DNA from: Pseudolabrys sp. | GTDB taxonomy: Bacteria > Pseudomonadota > Alphaproteobacteria > Rhizobiales > Xanthobacteraceae | Direction: 5' to 3' | DNA length: 64,000 nucleotides | Assembly (NCBI GenBank): GCA_035765795.1 | Contig: DASTWX010000238.1 | Location: 4,635 to 68,634, forward strand | Part shown: positions 28,416 to 37,606 of the stretch, one piece after another | How the letters are laid out: each line of letters begins with the position of its first letter | Numbering within the stretch: the first letter of the stretch is position 1 | Notes under the pieces: generated by a model | Told to the model about the DNA's origin: nothing | Databases searched by the model: none | The model's input: the letters and a program-made list of their open reading frames with translations, nothing else | Translations under genes and position numbers: made by a program

Positions 28416-30320
28416 ATGAACGGTATCTTGCGCACGATCGTCGCCGCCAATCGCCGAACCTGCCTGCGTGGACTGGCTCTCGGCGTCTCTAGCGCAGCCT
28501 TGTGCTTGCTAATGCAGTCGCCTGCTGCACGAGCCCAGCAGACAGGCCACGGCCAACAAGAACAGCAGCCGCAAAATGCGGCCCCGGCTCAGGGACAAAC
28601 CGCACCGGCGCCATCAGTGGAAAAGAAGAATGCCCAGCCAACCCAAGCCGGACAGCCGCAGCAGAACGAGATAGCCAACAAACCCGACACCAGCCAAGGG
28701 GTGCACGGGCAGGTGCCGTCGAGTGCGGACGTCGATGTCAACGATCGACAGATGAAGGAGGCCGGTCGCAATCGCGACGACTGGCTGCTGCACGGGCGGA
28801 CGTATTCCAACCAACGGTACTCGCCGCTGCGTCAGATCAATGACCGCAACGTGGACGAGTTGAAGCCGGTGGCCATCATTCAAACCGGCATGACCGCCAG
28901 CTTCGAAACGACGCCGATCGTCGCGGATGGAATCATGTACGCCACGACACCGGTTGTCGACAACAAGATGAAAGTCATGGCGTTCAATGCTGCTACCGGC
29001 GCGCGTATCTGGGAGACAACTTACAATCTCGGCAACTTCAAGATTTGCTGCGGGCCGGTCAATCGCGGCGTAGCCGTCGGATATGGAAACGTCTATTTCG
29101 TGACGCTCGACGCAAAACTGATCGCTCTCGATGCCAAGAACGGCACGAAGAAATGGGAGGTTCAACTCGCCGATCCCCGCGCGGGCTACTCGGAGACAAT
29201 GGCCCCTCAGATATTCGACGGCAAAATCATCGTCGGCAGCGCTGGCGGGGAATGGGCAATCCGCGGCTTTGTCGCCGCCTACGATGCTAAAACGGGAAAG
29301 CAAGACTGGCGCTGGGACTCGACCGATCCGAAGACGTTCGAGAGCGATTCCTACAAGAGCGGCGGCGGCATGGTCTGGACCACGCCAGCTATCGATCCGC
29401 GGCGCGGGTTGGTCATCTTCTCGACAGGCAATCCCAATCCGGACCTTAACGGTGAAAGCCGCAAAGGCGACAACCTCTGGACCGACTCGATCGTTGCGCT
29501 CGACGTCAACACCGGCAAGCTGAAATGGTCTTATCAAGAGGTCAAGCACGATGTCTGGGACTATGACGCCGTCAGTAACGTTCTGCTGTTCAACGTCGAG
29601 CAAAACGGCAAGAGCGTTCCGGCGGCGGGCGAAGCCGGCAAGGTCGGCTGGTTCTTTATCGTCAATCGAGAAAATGGAAAGCTAATCCGCAAATCAGAGC
29701 CGTTCGTACCGATGTCGAAGAACATGTTTACGACGCCAACCAGAGAGGGCGTGGAGATGCTGCCTGGCGCCAATGGCGGCTCGGAATGGTCGCCGCCGGC
29801 ATTCTCGCCGAAGACACACATGGTCTACATCCTGGGCCTCAACCAACTCATGAACTTCACGCTCTCAGATGCAACCAACATTCCGGGCACGATGCGGCTT
29901 GGCAGCACGTTCAAGAACGTGACAGGCGAAAAGGCGCAGCAGAGCGGCACGTTCACCGCAATCGACGTCGATACGGGCAAAATCGCCTGGCAAGCCAAAA
30001 CCCCGCAGCCGATGATGGGCGGCGCGCTGGCAACTGCCGGCAACTTGGTATTCACCGGCGAAGGGAACGGCTGGTTCGACGCTTTCAACGCGCGAACAGG
30101 CAGGAGGCTATGGCGCTATAATCTCGGTGCCGGCGTCAACGCGCCGCCAGTAACCTATCGCGTCAATGGCAAGCAATATGTCGCGGTTGCCGCCGGCGGC
30201 AACTTTCAGATCGACTTCCCCCGCGGCGATGCGATTGCCATTTTTGCCCTCGATACGGAAAACAGTGGCGCCGCACCGGACGAATCGCGCGGTCAGCGTC
30301 ATGGCCGCCAGGGCAGATAG
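28416..30320 (+). CDS. PQQ-dependent dehydrogenase (methanol/ethanol dehydrogenase superfamily)
   Basis: RYSPLRQIN, FETTPIV, vicinal CCG.VNRG, GGEWAIRG, TGNP, HDVWDYD, W-docking repeats. AGGAGG RBS. Confidence 0.92.
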   Translation: MNGILRTIVAANRRTCLRGLALGVSSAALCLLMQSPAARAQQTGHGQQEQQPQNAAPAQGQTAPAPSVEKKNAQPTQAGQPQQNEIANKPDTSQGVHGQVPSSADVDVNDRQMKEAGRNRDDWLLHGRTYSNQRYSPLRQINDRNVDELKPVAIIQTGMTASFETTPIVADGIMYATTPVVDNKMKVMAFNAATGARIWETTYNLGNFKICCGPVNRGVAVGYGNVYFVTLDAKLIALDAKNGTKKWEVQLADPRAGYSETMAPQIFDGKIIVGSAGGEWAIRGFVAAYDAKTGKQDWRWDSTDPKTFESDSYKSGGGMVWTTPAIDPRRGLVIFSTGNPNPDLNGESRKGDNLWTDSIVALDVNTGKLKWSYQEVKHDVWDYDAVSNVLLFNVEQNGKSVPAAGEAGKVGWFFIVNRENGKLIRKSEPFVPMSKNMFTTPTREGVEMLPGANGGSEWSPPAFSPKTHMVYILGLNQLMNFTLSDATNIPGTMRLGSTFKNVTGEKAQQSGTFTAIDVDTGKIAWQAKTPQPMMGGALATAGNLVFTGEGNGWFDAFNARTGRRLWRYNLGAGVNAPPVTYRVNGKQYVAVAAGGNFQIDFPRGDAIAIFALDTENSGAAPDESRGQRHGRQGR

Positions 30321-30402
30321 CTGCCGCATGTGATGCTGAGGTGGTCCACCGCACACAACGCGCTCCCCGCGCTTTCGGAGAGAAGGATTGTTGAGTAGGT
30401 TC

Positions 30403-30436
30403 TAGGGGCGGGCATGTTCCGCCCCTATATTTCTTT
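30403..30436 (+). terminator. Intrinsic terminator after the PQQ dehydrogenase
   Basis: TAGGGGCGG-7nt-CCGCCCCTA stem followed by TATTTCTTT. Confidence 0.7.
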
Positions 30437-30446
30437 GGATCGAAAA

Positions 30447-30500
30447 CCCCTCACCGAATCGCGTTCCGCGATCCGACCTCTCCCTGCGGGAGAGGTGAGG
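30447..30500. repeat. Short REP-like palindromic element
   Basis: Outer CCTCACC/GGTGAGG arms, inner ATCGCG-TTC-CGCGAT and ACCTCTCCC-TGC-GGGAGAGGT hairpins, located between convergent genes. Confidence 0.55.
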
Positions 30501-30540
30501 CGAGCGTGTGGCGCCATCCCGACTCACAACATGATCAGGC

Positions 30541-31917
30541 TCAGTTCGCCTTACGATTCGCTTCGCCGTTTTGCGCCGCGGTCGTGCCGCCGGCCTTCTT
30601 TTCGAGAAAAGCCAGCGCGGCTTTGAGTTGCGCATCCTTCGGCGTGGCGATCAGTTGCGGCTTGATCGGCGCCGACAGATCGGCCTTTGCCTCGGTCGCG
30701 TTTGTGTTCTTGCCGCTCGCGCCGGTCTGCTGGTCTTCTTGATCCGATCCGCCCAGCCGGCCCGGATTATGGAAGGCGCCGTGCAGCGTGGCTTCGCGCG
30801 GCAGCTCGCCGGCGACCTGCTCGTCTTTCGGCGCTTCGACCACGACGTCGGGCGTGATCCCCTTGCCCTGGATCGAGCGGCCGCTCGGCGTGTAATAAAG
30901 CGCAGTGGTGAGGCGCAGGGCTCCATGGCCATTGAGCGGAATAATCGTCTGCACCGAGCCTTTGCCGAAGCTCTGGGTGCCCATAATGGTCGCGCGTTTC
31001 CGATCCTGAAGGGCGCCGGCGACGATCTCCGATGCCGAAGCGGAAGCGCCGTTGATCAAGGCAACGATGGGCGTGCCCGATGGCAGCAGCGTCCCGTTTT
31101 TTGCTGCCGAGTAGACTTCATCGTCGCTTTTGTGGCGCCCGTGGATGGTCACCACTGTTCCGTCGTTGAGAAAATCACCTGCGACCGAGACCGCGGACGT
31201 CAGCAGACCGCCGGGATCGTTGCGCAGGTCGAGCACAAAACCGTTGAGCTTACCTCCTGCTTGCTGCTTCATCTTTTCGATCGCATGCTTGAAATCCTTC
31301 GGCGTAGCAGCGCCGAATTCAGTGATCCGCACATAACCGATGTCGTGCGGCTCGAGCTTCGCCTTGACCGTCTGCACCTGAATGATGTTTCGGGTGATCT
31401 TGACATCGAACGGCTTTTGATTGCCGCGCGCGATGCTGATGGTTACGTCGGTGCCCGGCGTACCGCGCAGTGTGCGCACGATCTTTTGCAGATCGACCCC
31501 ACGTGTGCTCTCGCCGTTGATCGCAACGATCCGATCGCCCGGCTCGAGCCCGGCCTTGGACGCGGGTGTGCCCTCGATCGGCGCGATGATTTTCGGAACG
31601 CCCTGCTGCTCGGAAATTTCGATGCCCAAGCCGCCGAACTTGCCGGAAATGTCGGCCTGCGATTCCTTGAACTCTTGCTCGTCCATGTAGTCCGAGTGCG
31701 GGTCCAGCCTGTTCATCATGCCTTTCAGCGCGTCCTTCGTGAGCTGATGGGCATCGATCTTGTGCACGTAATCGTGCTCGACGAGTTGCATGATCCCGTC
31801 GATGAGGGCGAGATCGGTTTCCGAAGGCCCGCGCTCTGCGCTGCTTGCGCCGGCAAGCGGACAGGCGGCAAACGCGACGGCGGCCACGCCGACGAGGAGG
31901 AGATGCGCTTTTTTCAT
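30541..31917 (-). CDS. ctpA: Carboxyl-terminal processing protease (S41A, PDZ)
   Basis: Signal peptide, LDPHSDY, PDZ (GGLGIEI), LDLRNDPGG, catalytic SASASEI and FGKGSVQ. Confidence 0.93.
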   Translation of the reverse strand: MKKAHLLLVGVAAVAFAACPLAGASSAERGPSETDLALIDGIMQLVEHDYVHKIDAHQLTKDALKGMMNRLDPHSDYMDEQEFKESQADISGKFGGLGIEISEQQGVPKIIAPIEGTPASKAGLEPGDRIVAINGESTRGVDLQKIVRTLRGTPGTDVTISIARGNQKPFDVKITRNIIQVQTVKAKLEPHDIGYVRITEFGAATPKDFKHAIEKMKQQAGGKLNGFVLDLRNDPGGLLTSAVSVAGDFLNDGTVVTIHGRHKSDDEVYSAAKNGTLLPSGTPIVALINGASASASEIVAGALQDRKRATIMGTQSFGKGSVQTIIPLNGHGALRLTTALYYTPSGRSIQGKGITPDVVVEAPKDEQVAGELPREATLHGAFHNPGRLGGSDQEDQQTGASGKNTNATEAKADLSAPIKPQLIATPKDAQLKAALAFLEKKAGGTTAAQNGEANRKAN

Positions 31918-32156
31918 GGATATCGACCTTGAGCTCTCCGATACGGGGCTTCGCTCCGCCCACGCCCCCTAAAGCGATATGCCCCATCAGCACCGTCCCG
32001 GCAACGGGTGTTAAACGCGTCGGGAAATGCTCCCCCCTTAACGCGCCAAACGTGAATTCGATCAATCGGCAGAGCAGAAAATACCGCCCTTCGGCCGAAC
32101 TCCTGCCGCCGCACGGCATTATCGTCCTTGCCGACAACAAGGGTAAGGAGGACGAC

Positions 32157-32684
32157 GTGCGTACTTTATCTCTATCTCTCGTCTTGATCATTCCCCTCAT
32201 GGCAACCGCTGCGCACGCGCAGGATCCGACAGGTGAGTGGCAGGTGGCCAATGGGGCGGCTCATGTGCGCATCGTGGACTGCGGCCCGGCGCTCTGGGGC
32301 GTGGTATCTTGGGAAAAGAGGCCCGGGCGCGACATTAACAATCCCAATCCCGCGCTCCGGCAGCGACCGACGCTCGGCATGCCCATTCTTCTTCACATGC
32401 GCCCGGCCGATGAGGCCAGCAAATGGGAAGGCGAAGTGTACAACAGCGAAGATGGACGCACATATGACGCCTCGATCGCCATACGCAGCGCCGACACCCT
32501 GCACATCGAAGGCTGCGCCCTGGGTATTTTCTGCGGCGGCGAGAATTGGACCCGCGTCACTCAACCCGCGTCAGTTGCTTCCCGAACCCGGGCACGGCAA
32601 ACGACCGGGACCCGCGCACCGAGTAGATCGCCTGCCGCCGCCATCTGCTCACGCGTCGCCGCTTCCACGCGGGGGTCCCATTAG
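32157..32684 (+). CDS. DUF2147-family exported protein
   Basis: GTG at 32157 with AAGGAG RBS, signal peptide, DPTGEW, D..NP....R.RP.LG, W.G.VYN.EDG.TY, GC....CG...WTR. Confidence 0.82.
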   Translation: MRTLSLSLVLIIPLMATAAHAQDPTGEWQVANGAAHVRIVDCGPALWGVVSWEKRPGRDINNPNPALRQRPTLGMPILLHMRPADEASKWEGEVYNSEDGRTYDASIAIRSADTLHIEGCALGIFCGGENWTRVTQPASVASRTRARQTTGTRAPSRSPAAAICSRVAASTRGSH

Positions 32685-35240
32685 CACCGGTTGGAACAGC
32701 ACGGCCGCGGCCAACGTGCAAACGAGCGATAGCGCCAGGAGCTTGCCCATGCTCGAAGTGCCCGGATGATTGGAGAACCATAGGCTACCGAAAGCCGTAG
32801 CCGTCGTTAGTGCGCTGAAAAACACCGCTCGGGTGAGCGGTGATTGAAGCACACCAGCCTGTCCGGAGCGCCACGCCATCATGTAATAGATCTTGAACGC
32901 TACGCCGATGCCGAGCAGCAACGGCAAGGCAATGATATTGGCGAAATTCAACGACATTCCGAACGCGACGGTCAGCTCGAGCGTCACCACGGCGGCGACG
33001 AGAAGCGGAATAATCGTCAGCAGAACGTCGCCGATGCGCCGCAAGACCAGCCATAACAAAATGAAGATCGAGATCAGCGCCCATAAGCCGGCCTCGATGA
33101 AAGAACGAATGATAGTCCGGCCCGACTCGAGGATCGAAATCGGTCCGCCGGTGGCCTGTGGTTCTACCTTGAGCACCGCGCGCGCAAAATTGCGGATTGC
33201 TTCGTTTGTTTTCAGCTCGCCTTTCGGTAACACTTGGACGCGCGCTCGACCATCGGCGGTAAGCCATTGATTGCGGATCGACTGCGGCAAATTTTGTTCG
33301 GTCACGCGTTGCGCCTGCAATGCTGCCCGCAGGCCTCCAAGCGCCGTCTCCAGCGGCTGCACGAATACCGCCTGGGCACGCTCCCGCACGGAAGGAGCAG
33401 CCGCTGCCAAGCGGCCGAGGTCGCCGGCCAGCCGTGTTGCCGCCGCCGCGCCTTGATCTGATAGACCTTCGGCAGCGCCTTCCAGCATCTGTCGGGCGCG
33501 GGTGAGCGCGGCGATATTTTCGGCGTCGGTTGGCGGAGACTGCTTCTCGGCATTCAATGCAGGGCCAAGCGACTCGCCGGCCGCACGGATCATGAAGAGC
33601 TTCTGGTCCTGATCCTCGGGCACATAATTCGCGAGCGTTACGGCTTCCGAGATCTCCGGCACGTTGCGAAGCTTGGCCGCCATCGCTCGAGCGGCTTGTT
33701 GCGAGGGCGCCAGTATGTCGACCGCATTGGCCCCGGCAGTCGGGTCTTTCTGCACGTCGATGTACGTCGCGATCGACTCCGCGTTCGGATTGCGCAGGTG
33801 GATCGGATTGAAATCGAAACTCAGAAAATAGAGCAGCGGCAGCGCGGCGACGACCAACGCGGCAGTTCCGTAAAGGATCGGCATCCGGTGGCGCATCATG
33901 AAGTTGTCGACCGGCGCCAGCGCTGCATAGCCGAGCGGCTCCGGCTCCCCGGGCGGGTTGAGGAGAGTCAACAGCGCGGGCAGGACGGTGATGCTGCCGA
34001 AAAAGGCTATGATCATGCCCAAGCCGGCGATCTGCCCAAGCTCCGACACACCGAGATAGGCGGTGGGCACGAAGGCCAGAAAGCCCGCCGCCGTCGCCGC
34101 CGCCGCCAGCGCCAGCGGCGTGCTGATGTGCGCGCCGGCATTGATCAGGGCCTTTCGCAGGTCGTCATGCGCATATCGCTCCGCACGATAGCGCACACTG
34201 TACTGGATGCCGAAATCGACCCCGATGCCGACGAAAAGGACGGCAAAAGCCACCGAAATCAAATTGAGGGCACCCACCATCATCAGGCCGGCGGCGGCCG
34301 TGACGGCGAGACCGACCACAACCGTAACGAACACAGCGAAGATGATTTTCGGCGATCGCAGCGCCAGCCACAGAATAAACAGCACCACCGCGACGGTGAT
34401 GAGGCCGTTGACGGCGGCGCCATCTTGAACGGTGCGGAACTCTTCATCCGAAATCGGCACCGAGCCGGTAAGCCGCACAGTGGCGCCGAGCTTGTCGTGC
34501 AGGTTCAGCCGGGCCGCGGCAGCGCGGATAGCATCGGTCGCCGCCTTTCCCGGCTCGAGCGCGGCGAAATCGAGGACCGGATGCACGATGATGAAGCGAC
34601 GCAGGTCATTGGTCGTCGGCGCCCGCCCCGCCAACATCGCGCGCCAGGAGAACGTGGCCGGTTTGTTGGCCAGAGCGTCCTCGACGGTCGCGGATGCCTT
34701 GTCGAGCGCGCCAGCAACAGGATCAAGCGAATGAGTCTTCGCTTTCGTCCCCATAACCCCGTAGGTCAGGACACGCGTCAGGCCGCGCAAGCTCGGGTCT
34801 GCGACCAAAACGCGAACAAGCGGGGCTGCTTGGCTCAGGTTGTTCGTCAGCGCCGCGACCTGGGCGGTAGAGGGAAAGAGGAAAGCACTACGGGCAAAGA
34901 ATGGTGTCTCGGCTACCGGCTCGACCGAACGGAACAACTGCTTGCGGCCGGACAGAGCCGCGGACAACGAACGGGCCGCCTCGCTTGCCGCTTCCGATGT
35001 GGGCGCGTCGATGACGACGAGAATGGATTGCGCGTTCTGCGGAAACGCCTTGTTGAAGGCGATCTCGCGCTGCCGCCACGGCAGATCGCGGGAAATCAGG
35101 CCGCTTATGTCGGTGTTGATGGCGAAATGACTGCTGCAATAGTAGCCGGCGAGCACCGCCGCGGCTATCGACAATAAGAGCACTGTCCACGGCCAGCGGG
35201 TGCACTGCGTGATAATGGACTTGATGGCGGATCTGATCAT
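32649..35240 (-). CDS. hpnN: MMPL/RND hopanoid transporter-like protein
   Basis: Two MMPL TM blocks, INTDISGLIS.DLPWRQ, AFAVLFVGIGVDFGIQ, FDFNP..L, NFANIIALPLLLGIGVAF, S.HPGTSSMG. ATG 35240 preferred. Confidence 0.88.
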   Translation of the reverse strand: MIRSAIKSIITQCTRWPWTVLLLSIAAAVLAGYYCSSHFAINTDISGLISRDLPWRQREIAFNKAFPQNAQSILVVIDAPTSEAASEAARSLSAALSGRKQLFRSVEPVAETPFFARSAFLFPSTAQVAALTNNLSQAAPLVRVLVADPSLRGLTRVLTYGVMGTKAKTHSLDPVAGALDKASATVEDALANKPATFSWRAMLAGRAPTTNDLRRFIIVHPVLDFAALEPGKAATDAIRAAAARLNLHDKLGATVRLTGSVPISDEEFRTVQDGAAVNGLITVAVVLFILWLALRSPKIIFAVFVTVVVGLAVTAAAGLMMVGALNLISVAFAVLFVGIGVDFGIQYSVRYRAERYAHDDLRKALINAGAHISTPLALAAAATAAGFLAFVPTAYLGVSELGQIAGLGMIIAFFGSITVLPALLTLLNPPGEPEPLGYAALAPVDNFMMRHRMPILYGTAALVVAALPLLYFLSFDFNPIHLRNPNAESIATYIDVQKDPTAGANAVDILAPSQQAARAMAAKLRNVPEISEAVTLANYVPEDQDQKLFMIRAAGESLGPALNAEKQSPPTDAENIAALTRARQMLEGAAEGLSDQGAAAATRLAGDLGRLAAAAPSVRERAQAVFVQPLETALGGLRAALQAQRVTEQNLPQSIRNQWLTADGRARVQVLPKGELKTNEAIRNFARAVLKVEPQATGGPISILESGRTIIRSFIEAGLWALISIFILLWLVLRRIGDVLLTIIPLLVAAVVTLELTVAFGMSLNFANIIALPLLLGIGVAFKIYYMMAWRSGQAGVLQSPLTRAVFFSALTTATAFGSLWFSNHPGTSSMGKLLALSLVCTLAAAVLFQPVLMGPPRGSGDA

Positions 35241-35638
35241 CGCAGGCGGCTTACCACGGCTCCAGGTACCCAATGCCCGTCGCGCCTCGCAGCCAAGATG
35301 CTGCGATGGCCCGTGGCCATCGTGGTTCTCTCCTGCTGGAGAACAATTGTCCCAAGCCGTCGTTCAAAAGGTCCGGCAGCGGATAAGGTGGAACCCACAC
35401 CGCGATCTAACCACACGCTAAAGCATCAACCGGCTTGGCACGGTTGCAATAGACTCAGATGTGTGTCCGAACTCGGGCGGACGCCAGAAATTGCAAAGCC
35501 GCGACACCGCTGCCGGCGCGCCCCGAGCGGTCCGGACCTCAGGCGCATGGAACAAGGCGCTTGCCCCGTTGGGCTACAGGCGCTCAACAGAACGGCCGGC
35601 CAATCCGCACGTTCGACAGGATGAGCGCGCTAACTCTC

Positions 35639-35980
35639 CTAGACTCGCTCCGTTTTCTTGGCCCGCTCGTGTCGGCGGTTCGCCGCCAACTCGTCGAACG
35701 TCAGGACCAGCCGCCCATCGGGCTCGGCTTCAGCGTAGATCGCCTGCGACTGAGCGCGCGACAAGAACGATTGCAGCGCAGAGCGGGAGCAGTCGGGCAA
35801 TGCAAGGAGCGCGCGGGCCGTCTCCAGCAGACCCGGCTCCTGGCTCCAATAAAATAGTTCAAGAATACGGTTATGGTCTGCGCAGCCGAGCACGAGCGTA
35901 CGGACGACCTCCCATATTTCCGCGTTGCGCTGCAAGGTCTCGCCGGAGACCTCATGGGATGCGGAAACACGCGCCGCCAT
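35639..35980 (-). CDS. Hypothetical protein (113 aa), last gene of the LysR-divergent cassette
   Basis: Strong GGAGGGGG RBS before ATG 35980, protein-like composition, and co-oriented with the three upstream genes. Confidence 0.7.
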   Translation of the reverse strand: MAARVSASHEVSGETLQRNAEIWEVVRTLVLGCADHNRILELFYWSQEPGLLETARALLALPDCSRSALQSFLSRAQSQAIYAEAEPDGRLVLTFDELAANRRHERAKKTERV

Positions 35981-36177
35981 CTCAGCCCCCTCCGAGTGTC
36001 TGGTGGACCCCGCCGCGAGGCCGCACGGAAATGAAGAGGTTTCGAAGCCGTTTCAGTGTCATTTTCGATGCACCTGATTGTTTCGTTCGAAGCTGATCAG
36101 CGAACACAACGTCCCGCGTACATCCTCCCCAAACGTTCTGCTTTCCGGCGACGGATTCGAGATGCCGCCACACGGCG

Positions 36178-36813
36178 TTAGCGCACGCAATCGTGACTTT
36201 CGGAACTGTACTCGACGCCGCGGATGAACGACCATTCTCGGGTGGTGTCGATCCAGTCCGCAGTGGTCGCAACCTTCCCGTACAAGCTGAGTACCTTCAC
36301 TAACAGCGCGTGCACATCGTTCGCGTCCGTGCCTTCGAGGGCATGGCTCGCCGACGCATCGGAGAGAAAGGTAACGCGATGGGCGCGATGATGCGCGTCC
36401 ACGATGGTCGACAGGCATGCTGACTCGCCTGCAAAGCCGGCGAGCACGATATTGGCGCCAATTCCCTCATCCATGACGCGGGCAAATTCCTCGCTGTCGT
36501 AGCAGGACGGCATCTCGCGCTCGAAGACCATCTCGGTCGGCAGTGGCAAAAAACCTTCGATCCAGTGCGAAAAACGGGTGGCGGAGTTGAAGAACGGCGC
36601 CCGCCCGATCCGCCGCGTGAACGCCACCGGAAAACCCATGGTTCGCGCGTGCGCGAGCAGCGTGCGGCAGTTTGCAAGCGCCTGCTCCGCATTGGGGACC
36701 GCCATGCGGCGCGGCGCGGCCACATACTCCTGCTGCAAGTCGACCATGACGACCGTCGGAGCCGTCAGCGGATCGACGTAGGGACGCAAGCTGACGATGT
36801 TCGTTTTGGCCAC
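36178..36813 (-). CDS. Isochorismatase-family (cysteine hydrolase fold) protein, atypical active site
   Basis: VMVDLQQEY, NIVLAGFAGESACLST..DA.HR, V.FLSDASAS. GTG start with AAGGAG 7 nt upstream. Confidence 0.85.
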   Translation of the reverse strand: MAKTNIVSLRPYVDPLTAPTVVMVDLQQEYVAAPRRMAVPNAEQALANCRTLLAHARTMGFPVAFTRRIGRAPFFNSATRFSHWIEGFLPLPTEMVFEREMPSCYDSEEFARVMDEGIGANIVLAGFAGESACLSTIVDAHHRAHRVTFLSDASASHALEGTDANDVHALLVKVLSLYGKVATTADWIDTTREWSFIRGVEYSSESHDCVR

Positions 36814-36861
36814 GTTCGCGCTCCTTGCATGTTCTTTTATTGTCCTCGCAAAACGCGCATC

Positions 36862-37503
36862 TTACGCGGCGCGCTGGTGACGATTGGGCGAGGTGACTGG
36901 ACGGGCGGCGGAGAATTCCAGCGGGCCCGGCTCATCCCAGACACCTTCGGGGCGGATGAGCACATAAGGATCCGACTCGAGCGAAATAGCGTCTGGGTCG
37001 CGCTCGGTGACTAGCAACATCTCCGTGTAGGAATAATCGGAGAAAGTAAGTTCGCGATGCGGCTCCATCGGGCGTGCGCCGAAGCGGCTCCAGAACGAGA
37101 CCAGCCGGTCTTGCGCATGACCATAGATGCGCGTGTAGCCCTTGCGCTTGCAAAGCTTGATGCCGGTCCGCACCATGTCGAACGAGAGCCGTGAACGGCG
37201 AAACTCATGCCGCACGGCGAGGCGCTCGAGTTTTGCGAAATCGGCGAAGAAGCGCGCGCGCAAGCAGGCGGCCGGCTCACCTTTCACTGTGCCGATCAGA
37301 TGCATGGCGCAGAAATCATTTCCGTCGAATTCCTCGCTGAAAGGGCAATCTTGTTCGGCCAAGTAAACCGCCGCACGGATGGCGACGACTTTCATGAGAT
37401 CCGTCATCGATGAAGCGACGCTAATCGAAATTCCACTGTTATGGCCGGCCGACGCATTGGCAGGCGGCAATTTGGCGAGCCGGTTACGCTGCAGAGTACT
37501 CAT
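36862..37503 (-). CDS. GNAT-family N-acyltransferase (ElaA-like)
   Basis: IRAAVYLAEQDCPFSEEFDGND, AKLERLAVRHEFR, GY..IYGHAQ...FWSRFG. Confidence 0.85.
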   Translation of the reverse strand: MSTLQRNRLAKLPPANASAGHNSGISISVASSMTDLMKVVAIRAAVYLAEQDCPFSEEFDGNDFCAMHLIGTVKGEPAACLRARFFADFAKLERLAVRHEFRRSRLSFDMVRTGIKLCKRKGYTRIYGHAQDRLVSFWSRFGARPMEPHRELTFSDYSYTEMLLVTERDPDAISLESDPYVLIRPEGVWDEPGPLEFSAARPVTSPNRHQRAA

Positions 37504-37532
37504 TACGCTTTCCCCACTTACTGAACGCGATT

Positions 37533-37606
37533 GCTTCCGAAGTTCGTCTCAGAGATTGCCGCGATGGGACCACGAACTTCGGAAGCGGGCACTACCCGTG
37601 CCCGCT
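37533..37606. other. Two overlapping perfect hairpins in the intercistronic spacer
   Basis: GCTTCCGAAGTTCGT (37533-37547) / ACGAACTTCGGAAGC (37572-37586), 15 bp. AGCGGGCAC (37584-37592) / GTGCCCGCT (37598-37606), 9 bp. Confidence 0.75.

Noticed and set aside
30571-31932. 453-aa plus-strand ORF, and similar long shadow ORFs (33696-35177, 5641-6597, 19223-20263, 17179-18357, 50696-51943)
   Set aside because: They lie antisense to well-supported genes, have no recognisable motifs, and are expected from high-GC codon bias.
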